A DNA stretch of 64,000 nt. Origin: Candidatus Latescibacterota bacterium (GTDB taxonomy: Bacteria; Latescibacterota; UBA2968). Location: NCBI GenBank assembly GCA_965222605.1, contig OZ244960.1:416001-480000 (forward strand), read 5' to 3'. This document shows, in pieces, positions 28,785-39,473 of the stretch. Below the pieces are notes generated by a model, which saw only the letters and a program-made list of their open reading frames with translations, was not told the DNA's origin and ran no database searches. Within the stretch, counting starts at the first letter, position 1. Every line of letters starts with the position of its first letter. The translations under genes and the position numbers were made by a program.

Positions 28785-30932
28785 GTGTGGAATATAAAAA
28801 AAACCTGGGTGTTTATGAATGTTATCGCTCTTGCGGCACTGGTATGTGTGGGGTATGTCTCTGCTAATACGACACCTTCTGCGGACTTTGATGGAGATGG
28901 TATCGTAGGTATTCCTGACTTTTTGGAGTTTGTGGAGAAGTTCGGATCCCGTCAAGGCGATGGGACATATCAAGCCAAGTATGATCTGGACGGCAATGGT
29001 GTGATTGGGATACCAGACTTTTTGATATTTGTCGATTCGTTTGGCAAAGAAGTGCCGTCACAGACAGTGAGGTTGTCGGTGTGTGACCGTACGGGTGCCG
29101 TGCGCGACTCGATTGTGGCATTAGTGCCTGTAAGCACTTGCGGCGATGTGACAGCGGCGCATCTGTCTGTAATAGATTCTCTCAGTCTTGCTGGCGCAAG
29201 GCTCACAGCACTGAAGGCTGGGGATTTATCTGGTCTGACAGGTCTGACAAAGCTCAGCCTGCAAGAGAATCGACTCAGTAGCTTGCCCGATGGTCTCTTT
29301 GATGACCTGACCGCGCTTAGCAGGCTCTATCTGGAAGAGAATCGACTGACGTCAATCCCTTCCGAATTGTTCAGCCTTTCTAATCTCACTTACCTGAACC
29401 TCGGTGACAATCGGTTGAGTGGTGAGATTCCAAAAGAATTGGGCAACCTATCTAACCTTACGCTACTGGCTCTTCACAGTAATCAGTTGGGTGGTGAGAT
29501 TCCAAAAGAATTGGGCAACCTGTCTAATCTTACAGTACTGAGGCTTTATAGTAATCAGTTGGGTGGTGAGATTCCAAAAGAATTGGGCAATCTGTCCAAG
29601 CTCACTGAACTGGACCTCGGCGACAATCAGTTGAGTGGTGAGATTCCAAAAGAATTGGGCAATCTGTCTAACCTTACAGTACTGGGTCTTAACCTTAGTC
29701 AGTTGAGTGGTGAGATTCCAGGAGAATTGGGTAAACTCTCTAACCTTACAATACTGGCTCTTCACAGCAATCAGTTGAGTGGTAGGATTCCAGCAGAATT
29801 AGGTAAACTCTCTAATCTTGAGATTCTGAGGCTCGAGGATAACGCATCCTTGACAGGTGCGCTTCCCCAAAGCCTGACCGGGCTGACAAAGCTGACGCAA
29901 TTTTACTTTAATAACACAGGGTTATGCGCGCCGCTTGATGCTGCCTTTCAGATGTGGCTTCAGGGCATTGCAGAAACCAATGGCTCGAATTGTACAGTAG
30001 GGTTGTCGGTATGTGACCGCACGGGTGCTGTGCGCGACGGGATTGTAGCATTAGTACCTGTAAGTGCTTGCGGCGATGTGACAGCGGAGCATTTGGCTGC
30101 GATAAATTCTCTCAATTTGGCTGGCGCAAGCCTCACAGAATTGAAGGCTGGGGATTTTTCTGGTCTGACTGGTCTGGCAACGCTCAGTCTGCAAGGGAAT
30201 CAACTTAGTAGCCTGCCCGATGGTCTCTTTGATGATCTGGCCTCACTCGGTTGGCTCTATCTGGGCGGTAATCAACTGACTGCAATTCCCTCCGAATTGT
30301 TCACTCTTCCCAATCTTACACTACTGCATCTTTGGGGCAATCAGTTGGGTGGTGAAATTCCAACAGAATTGGACAATCTGTCCAATCTCACGGTCCTGGA
30401 TCTCGGCGATAATCAGTTGAGTGGTGAGATACCAACAGAATTGGGCAACCTATCTAACCTTACACTACTGAGTCTTCGCAGCAATCAGTTGAGTGGTGCG
30501 ATTCCAACAGAATTGGGCAACCTATCTAACCTTACACTACTGAGTCTTCACAACAATCAGTTGAGTGGTGCGATTCCAACAGAATTGGGCAATCTTTCTA
30601 ACCTTACGCAACTGTATCTTGGCATCAATCAGTTGAGTGGTGCGATTCCAACAGAATTGGGCAATCTTTCTAACCTTACGCAACTGTATCTTGGCATCAA
30701 TCAGTTGGAAGGTCAGATTCCAACAGCATTGGGCAACTTGTCCAATCTTGAGGTTCTGTGGCTCCAGGATAACACATCCTTGATGGGGGCGTTACCTCAA
30801 AGCCTGAGTGGGCTGACGAAGCTGACGCAATTTTACTTTAATAACACAGGGCTATGTGCGCCGCTTGATGCTGCCTTTCAGGCGTGGCTTCAGGGCATTA
30901 CAGATGCCAGTGGCTCGAATTGCTCGGGATAG
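28785..30932 (+). CDS. Secreted dockerin-like protein with two tandem plant-type LRR blocks
   Basis: Signal-like N-terminus; DFDGDG pair; 24-aa NQLSGEIPKELGNLSNL repeats; duplicated VCDRT cap and NTGLCAP C-cap; exact start uncertain. Confidence 0.9.
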   Translation: MWNIKKTWVFMNVIALAALVCVGYVSANTTPSADFDGDGIVGIPDFLEFVEKFGSRQGDGTYQAKYDLDGNGVIGIPDFLIFVDSFGKEVPSQTVRLSVCDRTGAVRDSIVALVPVSTCGDVTAAHLSVIDSLSLAGARLTALKAGDLSGLTGLTKLSLQENRLSSLPDGLFDDLTALSRLYLEENRLTSIPSELFSLSNLTYLNLGDNRLSGEIPKELGNLSNLTLLALHSNQLGGEIPKELGNLSNLTVLRLYSNQLGGEIPKELGNLSKLTELDLGDNQLSGEIPKELGNLSNLTVLGLNLSQLSGEIPGELGKLSNLTILALHSNQLSGRIPAELGKLSNLEILRLEDNASLTGALPQSLTGLTKLTQFYFNNTGLCAPLDAAFQMWLQGIAETNGSNCTVGLSVCDRTGAVRDGIVALVPVSACGDVTAEHLAAINSLNLAGASLTELKAGDFSGLTGLATLSLQGNQLSSLPDGLFDDLASLGWLYLGGNQLTAIPSELFTLPNLTLLHLWGNQLGGEIPTELDNLSNLTVLDLGDNQLSGEIPTELGNLSNLTLLSLRSNQLSGAIPTELGNLSNLTLLSLHNNQLSGAIPTELGNLSNLTQLYLGINQLSGAIPTELGNLSNLTQLYLGINQLEGQIPTALGNLSNLEVLWLQDNTSLMGALPQSLSGLTKLTQFYFNNTGLCAPLDAAFQAWLQGITDASGSNCSG

Positions 30933-31035
30933 GACGCGCGAACGGATGACAAACCGTCGGAAGGAAAATTCTAAGATGATATAAGCCCCAACCCACTCTC
31001 CCAAGCAGGTATTATCAGGTATAGGGTTGGGACAA

Positions 31036-31092
31036 GACGGGCGCCAGCAGGAGAATGAGTGACCCGGCGCCCGTCGCTGTTCTTTATTTTTT
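31036..31092 (+). terminator. Hairpin plus T-tract after the LRR gene
   Basis: GACGGGCGCC...GGCGCCCGTC then a T-rich run. Confidence 0.5.
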
Positions 31093-31160
31093 GATAACTG
31101 GAGTTACCCCGCTTTAGTGTATAGTGTAGAAGGTTCCACCGAAGCATCTTATGTCAACTG

Positions 31161-31345
31161 TGGACTTGACCCGCTTTGGTGGAGTATTTAGAGCTTGGGT
31201 TTCAAGCCTGTGATTGATGCAGCTTGCCGTATAGAATCATTACGGCACATGCTTCGTAAGCTATCGGCGCATGATAGGCGATGGAAGAATGCCTGCGATG
31301 CGGATTATACCATCCTTCAATGTAGAAGAAGATGGCCAACGGTGC
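31161..31345 (-). pseudogene. IS3-family transposase C-terminal remnant with IS end
   Basis: AIFFYIEGWYNPHRRHSSIAYHAPIAYE; TG-starting end at 31161. Confidence 0.8.
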
Positions 31346-31425
31346 TTCCTTGTGTGTATGGAAATAGCAACCATTCGTAGGCATTGTGCTTATCGGTGGT
31401 TGCTTTTAATGAAAGGTGAGACGTC

Positions 31426-32439
31426 ATGCATGGAGTGATCAGGAGTTTTGTTATAATCCTGTTGGGGTTCTTCACGGTTGCATCCGCCCAACTACCACCG
31501 GAGACTCTGGCGGACAAATATCTGATTCAGGCAGAACAGCTACTTGAAAAAAAAGACTATGTGGCTGCGCTCAACATGATGGACAAGATCATCGCGCTTC
31601 AAAAAGAGCACAATATCACATTACTGGACGAGTTCCACTTCAAGTATGCCCAGGTTGCCTTTTCAACAGGCTCGATGCAGACCGCGCTTGAGGCGGTGAG
31701 CAAGTATCTGTCAGTAGGGAGGGAAGGCGAGTTTTACAAGGAGGCACTGGCGTTGTTGATCAAGATTGAGGAGGCACTTGAGGGGCTTAAGGTCACTCCT
31801 GAGAATACATGTGATGGAAAGCCTGTAGGCTCGAGTTGTTGGATGGCGTTGACCAACCAGCCTGAATGCTATGTCTGGAATTCCCATCTTATGAATCACG
31901 AGACCCGGACTTACGATCCCCTGAAGGACGAGACCGTGACCTGGTCTGGCGAGTGTTCTGGTGGCTTTGCCCAGGGTAAGGGAACACTCATCTGGAATTA
32001 TAATTATTATTACCAGAGAGACTCCTGGCTACCAGGAAAAGAAGAATCAAAGGGATTCCTCCAGAACGGCAAGCGGCACGGCCATTGGGCTGGGTCTCAC
32101 CCGTATGGAAATTGGGAAGGTTCTTATATGAACGGCCGTCGGCATGGTCACTGGTTCTTTCATTATGGGGAACCATATTATCCGCACGAAGAGGAAGGTC
32201 CTTATGTGAACGGAAAAAGGCACGGACAATGGATCGAGCGTCAGCGGGACGGGCGAGAAGGAGGCGGCTCTTATGTGGATGGCAAGAAACACGGACAATG
32301 GGTGGAACCTTTCGGTAACGGACAATCGGAAGGCTCTTATGTGGATGGCAAGAAACACGGACAATGGATCGTACGTTATTCGGACGGGACCACGAGAACA
32401 AGAACCTATGTAAACGGCCATTTTCAGGGAGAACAGTGA
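31426..32439 (+). CDS. Secreted protein: QLPPE helical module, Cys-rich linker and MORN-like repeats
   Basis: Signal peptide; FHFKYAQVA; CWM...PECYVWN; GSYVDGKKHGQW repeats. Confidence 0.85.
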   Translation: MHGVIRSFVIILLGFFTVASAQLPPETLADKYLIQAEQLLEKKDYVAALNMMDKIIALQKEHNITLLDEFHFKYAQVAFSTGSMQTALEAVSKYLSVGREGEFYKEALALLIKIEEALEGLKVTPENTCDGKPVGSSCWMALTNQPECYVWNSHLMNHETRTYDPLKDETVTWSGECSGGFAQGKGTLIWNYNYYYQRDSWLPGKEESKGFLQNGKRHGHWAGSHPYGNWEGSYMNGRRHGHWFFHYGEPYYPHEEEGPYVNGKRHGQWIERQRDGREGGGSYVDGKKHGQWVEPFGNGQSEGSYVDGKKHGQWIVRYSDGTTRTRTYVNGHFQGEQ

Positions 32440-32574
32440 TAGGGCGCGATGATTGAGCAGATGACCAAAACGACTGGATTACTAATCTTGTGCTGCGCGT
32501 GGCGGCTCAAACCATAGCCTGCCCCTGCCAGCATGCCCTTTTAGGACGGATTGATTGATACAAGGAGAGACACC

Positions 32575-34149
32575 ATGAGAGTAGTATTCAGGAGTTTTTT
32601 CATTGTAGTTTTGTTGGGATTTTTCGCGGCGGCATCTGCCCAACTGCCGCTAAAGATTATGGCAGATAAACATCTGATTCATGCAGAACAGTTATATGCC
32701 GCAAAAGACTATACGGGTGCCTTCAATGTGATGGAACAGATCATAGCGCTGCAAAAAGAGCACAATCTCACATTATCAGACGATTTTCACTTCAAGTATG
32801 CACAGGTGGCCTTGTCAGTAGATTCCACCCGAATTGCGCTTGAGTCGGTGAACAAGTATCTATCGGCAACAGGGAAAGAGGGACAGTTCTACAAGGAGGC
32901 ACTGGCGTTGTTGCTCAAGGCAGAAGGGCATGAGGTCCTGTCTGAGGAGGATTTCTACAATGAGGTCATCAAAACTGAGGGAACATGTGAGGGATTGCCG
33001 GTAGGTTCGAGTTGTTGGATGGAGTTGACCAACCATCCTGAATGCTACTTCTGGAACGACGACCTCAAAGAAGACGAGACCGCGATATGGGCAGGCAAGT
33101 GTTCAGGTCACTTGCCCGATGGTAAAGGGACACTCACACAGGATTATATTTGGCGTTGGGCCGGAGCCCCAGACGAACCGATAAAAAACAGTGTAAAAAA
33201 TACAGGGTCCTTCCAGAAAGGCAAGAAGCACGGCCAATGGGTCGCATCTTACTCGGACGGAAGCGAGGAAGGCTCCTATGTGAAGGGCAAGAAACACGGA
33301 CAATGGGTCACGTTTGAACGATCTGACGGCGACGAGTATTTCTCAAGAATTTCCTATGTAAACGGCAAGAGACACGGTTACTGGGTGCGGAGTCACGGGT
33401 ACGTAAAATCCGACGATTTGAGTGTAGTTGAAGGGCTTGATTTAGACGGCGAGGAACTCGACGCTTGGGGAGGCTATATGCGCCCAGACTGGTCCGTAGA
33501 GGTGGAAAGCCCTGATGAGAACGGCAACGGCCACCTAATCTATCGTAACTCGGACGGGGCCGTATGGGGAGGTGCTTATGTGAACGGCAAGAGACACGGA
33601 CAATGGATCGAGAGGACTGTTTGGCACCTCGACCAGGACAAGGACACGGTGGGAGAAGGTTCCTATGTGAACGGCAAGGCGCACGGACACTGGGTCTATC
33701 GTTACCCGGACGGGGTTGTATCTGAAGTCCCCTGTGTGAACGGCAAGTGGCACGGACACTGGGTCGGACGTGACTCGAGCGGGACTGTAGTCTCAAAAGG
33801 CTCTTATGTAGACGGCCAGAGGCACGGACACTGGGTCGCCAGGATCACTGATAATATTGACAAGCGTTTTGATGATATTGAGAAGCGTTTTCTAGGAGAG
33901 GGCTCTTATGTCGAGCGTTTTGTAGGAGAAGGCTCTTATGTGGAAAGTCTGTGGCCAGAGAAACACGGCCAATGGGTCTATCGCCATCCGAACGGAGACA
34001 TATTAAAAGTTGAATATAAATACGGATATAGACGATCCCCATTTTTATGGTATGATTATGATGAGGAGAAATGCTGGTCCTTCTACTGGTCCGACGACGT
34101 ACAAGAAATAAAAAAGAAAAAGGTAAATAAAAAAAGATGTCTCGAATAG
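32575..34149 (+). CDS. Secreted QLPPE-module + MORN-like repeat protein (paralog)
   Basis: Same N-terminal module and GxYVNGKxHGxW repeats. Confidence 0.85.
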   Translation: MRVVFRSFFIVVLLGFFAAASAQLPLKIMADKHLIHAEQLYAAKDYTGAFNVMEQIIALQKEHNLTLSDDFHFKYAQVALSVDSTRIALESVNKYLSATGKEGQFYKEALALLLKAEGHEVLSEEDFYNEVIKTEGTCEGLPVGSSCWMELTNHPECYFWNDDLKEDETAIWAGKCSGHLPDGKGTLTQDYIWRWAGAPDEPIKNSVKNTGSFQKGKKHGQWVASYSDGSEEGSYVKGKKHGQWVTFERSDGDEYFSRISYVNGKRHGYWVRSHGYVKSDDLSVVEGLDLDGEELDAWGGYMRPDWSVEVESPDENGNGHLIYRNSDGAVWGGAYVNGKRHGQWIERTVWHLDQDKDTVGEGSYVNGKAHGHWVYRYPDGVVSEVPCVNGKWHGHWVGRDSSGTVVSKGSYVDGQRHGHWVARITDNIDKRFDDIEKRFLGEGSYVERFVGEGSYVESLWPEKHGQWVYRHPNGDILKVEYKYGYRRSPFLWYDYDEEKCWSFYWSDDVQEIKKKKVNKKRCLE

Positions 34150-34252
34150 TAATGGTGAACGAATCAGGTGTATTTATGCAACCAGCCAGAGAGCACCAAT
34201 GATGTGATTTGAAATAGATCAACAGTGCTGTGGTGCCTGGTGTTCACCAGGT

Positions 34253-34500
34253 TTGCCGCGGCCGATCCATAGAAAAGACCTGGAGCGATTGATGCAGGCG
34301 ATTCGGAGGTCAAAGCCGCGAGAACGCCTGCTCGCCGAAACCGAACTTCGGAAGGTAGATACTCGGAAAGTAAGGCGGCCGGACCAAGATCCGTGCGTTG
34401 AAGCTTTGGGACAGGGAATGCGAAAAGACGGTCGCTGGCGAACCGTTTCGCACTCGTGAGAAAGGCATGTTGAAGTTCTCAATGGTGGATGTCCAGCAGG
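34253..34500 (+). pseudogene. Possible degraded tyrosine recombinase fragment, copy 1
   Basis: LPRPIHRKDLERLMQAI...RERLL-AETELR resembles the XerC/D LPxxL...RDxxL...TGLR segment. Confidence 0.4.
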
Positions 34501-35052
34501 GCTATGGCCTGATTGCCAAGACTCCGCCGAATGAGAATCACGAAAACAAGATTGTCTTCAATGGGCTAAACGATATTAAAATATCCGAAACTGAGGCGGG
34601 TCTGGAAAAGCCCTTATGTGGACGGCGATAAGCACGGGCAATGGGTCGTTCGTGAACTGGCCGTAACCACCTGGACAGAGACCCATGAACGGCCGTAGGC
34701 TGTGGACGGATTAGCCTTTGCAGAAGCGTTTGTGGACAAGGAAAGCCGTCCATGCTCTGGATCAAGCGTTGCTGCGCCCATGTTTCAGCATGTTCTTAGA
34801 ATACCCACTCAAGCCCAGGAGGATCGAGAATGAAGAGATAGGAGATAGGAACTGAGAACCCCGGAGAGCGGATGAAAAGCTCGATGAACGTACTCAGGAT
34901 ATGGAAGAGGCTGGGCAGTTCAACGAACACGAACAGCCTCCCGAAGGATTTGATCGTATTACCCAGATATTTGGCGACGCTGATACAGTGCGGTATTGGC
35001 TAACCGTGCCAAACGACGCGATCGATGTAGCGGAACCGTTTGCCCTTCTTAA

Positions 35053-36759
35053 CCCGAAAAATTCATAAAAAAGGTAGTTTCCCTATTCAAGCCATTGTAT
35101 TATATTAGGTTACACTCATAACCATTGAACAATGAACTTGGGAGAAACTACCGTGAACACACAAGATAATCATTGCAAGGTTCCTTTGGCAAGCATTTTC
35201 GGCAAACGTCTCAACCTCGCCTTTGATGGGGGCATCCTCACCAGCGATAGCGGAGCCTTATTGCTTCGAGAAGTGGAGGCCAAAACGGGTATTTTATCAC
35301 GTTTGAGTCGCGCGATTAAAGACCATCGGCATCAAAGTTATGTGGCGCATAGCACGGCAGAGTTGATCAAACAGCGCGTGTTTCAAATTGCCTGTGGGTA
35401 TGAAGATGCCAATGATTGCAATGCCTTACGCAGCGATCCCGGCTTCAAGGTTGCCTGTGATCGCTTGCCCATAAGTGGTGAGAACTTGGCCAGTCAACCC
35501 ACGATGAGTCGGTTTGAGAATCAGATGAGCAGAAGCGATTTGTATCGCGTTGCTCGTGCCTTTGTCGATTGTTTTATTGCTTCGTATAAAAAGCCGCCTT
35601 CGTCGATCATCTTAGATATTGATGATACGCAGGATAGGGTTTATGGGACGCAGCAGTTGTCCTTATTCAATGGGTATTTGGGTGCCTACTGCTACCAGCC
35701 TTTGCATATTTATGAAGGGCAATCGGGCAAGCTAATCACGACGATTTTACGTCCGGGTGTGCGTCCTGATGGCAAACAGATTGTCACCATTCTCAAGCGG
35801 TTAGTCGCTTATATTCGTCAGGCTTGGCCAAAGGTGGCACTCTTTTTGCGAGGCGATGCCCACTTCTCAAGTCCAGAAGTCCAGGACTTTTGTGCGACAA
35901 AGGACCTCTTTTTTATCCTCGGACAAAGTGCCAATACCCGACTCTTAGCCCTTTCAAAGCCCCTGATGGATCAGACCAAAAGCCTTTATGCACAAACCGG
36001 CAAGCCCGTGCGACTTTTTACCTCATTTTATTACCAAGCCCAGACTTGGGCCTGTGCCAGACGCATCTTATGCAAAGCTGAAATCACCACCCGAGGCCAA
36101 AACACACGCTTTGTCGTGACCAACCTTGAAAGTTCAAGGGCCTCCTTTATCTACCAAAATGTCTATTGTGCTCGCGGACAGATGGAAAACTTCATTAAAA
36201 ATCACAAAACCTTTCTCCACTCAGACCGCACATCCTGTCACGCTTTTGGAGCCAATCAGTTCCGCCTCTTCCTCCATTCGGCTGCCTATGTCTTGTTGCA
36301 CACCTTAGCGCACATCGGATTACAAGGCACAACGTGGATAAACGCACAGGTCAATACCCTCCAAAATCGCTTCCTTAAAGTCGCCGGACGCGTCTGTGAG
36401 TTGAAAACAAAGATCACCTTCCATCTGCCTATGTCATTTCCATTGCCACACCTTTTTGATAAAATCCTGTGCAATCTGGCAAAGGCGGTGCCATAACCCA
36501 TCAACGGGGCAGGAATAGGGGTCTGTCCCATCACTTGCTGACTTTACAAATACACGGACTTATCCACAGACAGGACTGGCAAGGGACCGGTCTGTACTTT
36601 TGACACTGGCAGAGCCAGTCAGGGGACGATTTGGGCTGCTTGAACTCTATGAAGACGCCTATGACGGCAGACAAGATAGAAGGCACCCTAATTTTGATGC
36701 TTGGAACCGATGCCGCCTGACAAACAACCCCAACGATTACAGTTCATGAATTAGTCGGG
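35053..36759 (+). mobile_element. IS1380-family element, apparently intact
   Basis: IRs CCCGAAAAATTCAT / ATGAATTAGTCGGG; TTAA duplication at 35049-35052 and 36760-36763. Confidence 0.92.
35132..36496 (+). CDS. IS1380-family transposase
   Basis: FDGGxLTSDSG, GYEDAND, LASQPTMSRFEN, LDIDDT, RGDA, YCARGQMENFIK. Confidence 0.95.
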   Translation: MNLGETTVNTQDNHCKVPLASIFGKRLNLAFDGGILTSDSGALLLREVEAKTGILSRLSRAIKDHRHQSYVAHSTAELIKQRVFQIACGYEDANDCNALRSDPGFKVACDRLPISGENLASQPTMSRFENQMSRSDLYRVARAFVDCFIASYKKPPSSIILDIDDTQDRVYGTQQLSLFNGYLGAYCYQPLHIYEGQSGKLITTILRPGVRPDGKQIVTILKRLVAYIRQAWPKVALFLRGDAHFSSPEVQDFCATKDLFFILGQSANTRLLALSKPLMDQTKSLYAQTGKPVRLFTSFYYQAQTWACARRILCKAEITTRGQNTRFVVTNLESSRASFIYQNVYCARGQMENFIKNHKTFLHSDRTSCHAFGANQFRLFLHSAAYVLLHTLAHIGLQGTTWINAQVNTLQNRFLKVAGRVCELKTKITFHLPMSFPLPHLFDKILCNLAKAVP

Positions 36760-37041
36760 TTAAAAAAGGAGATGTCGACCGCGTTGCGGCTGCCGCTAAA
36801 GGGTATCTCCAGGGTGACTTTGCAGGATAACCGGCTACTTCTACTTTAACCGAAGCTGGTCTGGTGATCGCAAGCAGATCTTCATTTATCGCAAGCAGAT
36901 CTTTCACAATGTCCATACAGATGCCCTGTAAGGTAGCGGAAAATGATCAACTACTGAAGTCCAATCTGCTCATCTCGTTTTGTCTAACCACAGAATCGCG
37001 GCTTCAAAACGAGTTTACACCCTTAAATAGAAGGATATGTT

Positions 37042-38007
37042 ATGACCACTCAAAATACACCCGTCTGGTCTTCTCGCACTTTTGAAACGCTTGATCAATG
37101 TCTTACTTTTGTTCAGCAGAAACATCAGCAGAAATCTATTCAAGGCCTTGTAAAGGATATGGCTACGGGCGAAGAGTCTGAAGGCCCAATACCGTCTTAT
37201 CTCTTTCGTGGTGAAGTTGGTTGGTTCTGCGAATGTTTGTCACGTATGGAAAGAGTCCGTCGCGGGCATTTCTGCGGTGTTACCGAGGCAGAACTAAAAC
37301 CTATCGAAAAAGACACGGATAACTATTTTAAGAAGCAACTTGCCAAATATAAGATCGACATTTTCCCCAAAGGATTGATGCAACATTATGGATTTCCCAC
37401 AGACCTGATTGATGCAAGCGATTCAATTCATACTGCGGCTTTCTTCGCTCGCCTAGAAGCAGGAGATGTCGCCAAGGGTGCGTTTGCAGTATTCGATATG
37501 AAGAAGCTTGTTCAGAGCAGCCCAGTTTTTGATCTTCGTGGGCATCCGATGGCAGTTCGGCCAAGGCGTCAAAAAGCATATGCGATCTATCATCGCCAAC
37601 ATTCAGATTTGAAGGATAAGAAAGCAATGTCGGATATGGGAATAACCTGGTATACCTTCCGGACAGACCCTTGCGAAAATTCGCGTGTCAAGAATGGTGA
37701 ATCTTTGCTTTCAGTATCAGACGATGAAACTGCCGGGTTATTGCGATTGAGCCTAGATGATAGCATTGAGAAGCAGCAGAAAGTGACACACCTAGTCGCG
37801 GAGTACTTGGCTAATCGGATCGCACACTGCCCTCTGGTTGCACAAGTAAAAACTTGGCAGCAACCAGGTCAACCCGGAGAAATAGAGCTAATAACACCAA
37901 AAAAGGCAGGGATATCGATCAACAATCAATCAGAAATTAACAAGTCTATCAAACTTTGGTCACGCAAACATCCGAACTGCGTGGATAGAGCCATAGACTT
38001 TCTGTAA
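37042..38007 (+). CDS. FRG domain protein
   Basis: YLFRGE and LMQHYGFPTDLIDAS...AAFFA. Confidence 0.85.
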   Translation: MTTQNTPVWSSRTFETLDQCLTFVQQKHQQKSIQGLVKDMATGEESEGPIPSYLFRGEVGWFCECLSRMERVRRGHFCGVTEAELKPIEKDTDNYFKKQLAKYKIDIFPKGLMQHYGFPTDLIDASDSIHTAAFFARLEAGDVAKGAFAVFDMKKLVQSSPVFDLRGHPMAVRPRRQKAYAIYHRQHSDLKDKKAMSDMGITWYTFRTDPCENSRVKNGESLLSVSDDETAGLLRLSLDDSIEKQQKVTHLVAEYLANRIAHCPLVAQVKTWQQPGQPGEIELITPKKAGISINNQSEINKSIKLWSRKHPNCVDRAIDFL

Positions 38008-38224
38008 AAAGCAAAAACTCAGTGATTGCACAATGGGTTGGGTAAGCTATCTTTCATTTCCTTGATTGTTCTTGGACTGGCGTCTTCCGAGACTATCTAC
38101 TTTTGGAATTGCCCGTTCAGGAACTGGCACCCCATTCCTGTCTGCGTGTACGCACAAGCAGATCAGCAAAGACTTTTCGAGCTGTTCTGGAGAACGCGGC
38201 GCGACATTCGGCTTATCGTGCGGT

Positions 38225-38552
38225 CAGTGGTTCGGGCATATTGGCAAATCGGTTATCTAATTGTGGAACATGAACAGGCCGGTCAGGTGCGTGCTGAATA
38301 CGGGAGGGCGGTATTGCGCGGCCTTTCTGATCTCCTCACACAAGAATTTGGTCGGGGATATTCCATCCAGGCCCTACGCAACATGCGACAATTTTACCGA
38401 ACCTTTTCAAAACGCTCCGCACTGCGGAGCGAATCTCTCCAAAGTCAAAGGCGACAATCCCACTATCGGCCTTATTCTTTGTTCCAAAAAGAATGAAGCA
38501 ATTGCTCGATATTCCGTGCTCAGTGACAACAAACAACTATTCGCCTCGAAGA
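38225..38552 (+). pseudogene. YhcG/DUF1016 nuclease gene with a large internal deletion
   Basis: N-terminal YWQIG..IVEHEQ...EYG...GRGYS..LRNMRQFY abuts C-terminal DNPTIGLILC...ARYS...QLFASK in another frame. Confidence 0.8.
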
Positions 38553-38810
38553 CAATACAAAAGCCCGTTGATCATTACCGATCGACAGGCTTTCTTTTAG
38601 TTTTCCAAGATACCGGCACACCGCATACAAGATATTGTAGAATGCGTTGGCCGAAGAAATACAATATATAGACGCGCCACACCTACGTCGATTTCTCTAC
38701 GCCTGTGAAATTGCCGCTGCGCGAATGATATGCAAAATCGGGCTTGATAAATTCGATTCTCAATGTACCTTCATTGTCTCTACTATCCCACGAATACTGA
38801 GGACACTTTA

Positions 38811-39398
38811 ATGGCTGGCAAACAGAATCATGGAGAACGCTGGGACGCGGATGCAATGATCAGGAACGCGAAGGCGTTGCAGCGTGTGGTGATGGAATTG
38901 GAAAAGAACAAGCCCAAACCTTCCCCATCGGACGGGTGGGGCAAATGGGATAGAGGTACAGAGGACCAATTACTCTTCATGGGCAGGTTTTTGGCGGTTC
39001 CCAATCTATTGTCGCTCGCGACAGAGATCGCGCTGAAGGCCTGGCAGTGTCGAGAACGACAAAAGGCTCCTGAACGTACTCATGACTTGCTGAAATTGTT
39101 CCAGAGCCTGGAACAGGACACGCAAGAGATGCTGGAAGCAAGGATGCGGAAACTGAGCCCAGACTCGGTGCGGGCAGACGCACTGAGGATGCAAAACTTG
39201 AGCCCGCTCGAACAAGAAATGTTGGGAGCAAAGATGCATCCTCTTCGTGATGTTCTGCGTTCGCACAGTGACGTGAACATCCGCTGGCGGTACATCCACG
39301 AGGAATCTCGTGGTGCTCAGTTTGAGACAGGTGAAATGGACCTGGCACTAACGGTGATAATTGACGCCTACGAAAAAAGGTGGCGTGTTTTACCCTAA
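38811..39398 (+). CDS. HEPN-like domain protein
   Basis: LATEIALKAW...RTHDLLKLF...RWRY pattern. Confidence 0.55.
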   Translation: MAGKQNHGERWDADAMIRNAKALQRVVMELEKNKPKPSPSDGWGKWDRGTEDQLLFMGRFLAVPNLLSLATEIALKAWQCRERQKAPERTHDLLKLFQSLEQDTQEMLEARMRKLSPDSVRADALRMQNLSPLEQEMLGAKMHPLRDVLRSHSDVNIRWRYIHEESRGAQFETGEMDLALTVIIDAYEKRWRVLP

Positions 39399-39473
39399 CG
39401 CCTGGACGTGTGCGTTTTTGCCACGCCGTACCTGGGCATTGGCGTAACGTCAATTAATGATAGGAGACAAATC

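Larger units (their letters stand above)
34901..36830 (+). pseudogene. Xre/MbcA/ParS-type antitoxin C-terminal-domain gene interrupted by IS1380
   Basis: Removing the IS and one TTAA restores ...IFGDADTVRYWLTVPNDAIDVAEPFALLKKGDVDRVAAAAKGYLQGDFAG*. Confidence 0.7.

Noticed and set aside
24490-29060. Invertible phase-variation segment between the inverted cassettes
   Set aside because: The repeats are diverged and no invertase is present; promoter duplication explains them.
29400-30750. Regular DNA repeats resembling a CRISPR array
   Set aside because: They are 72-bp in-frame LRR units with no unique spacers, and no cas genes are present.
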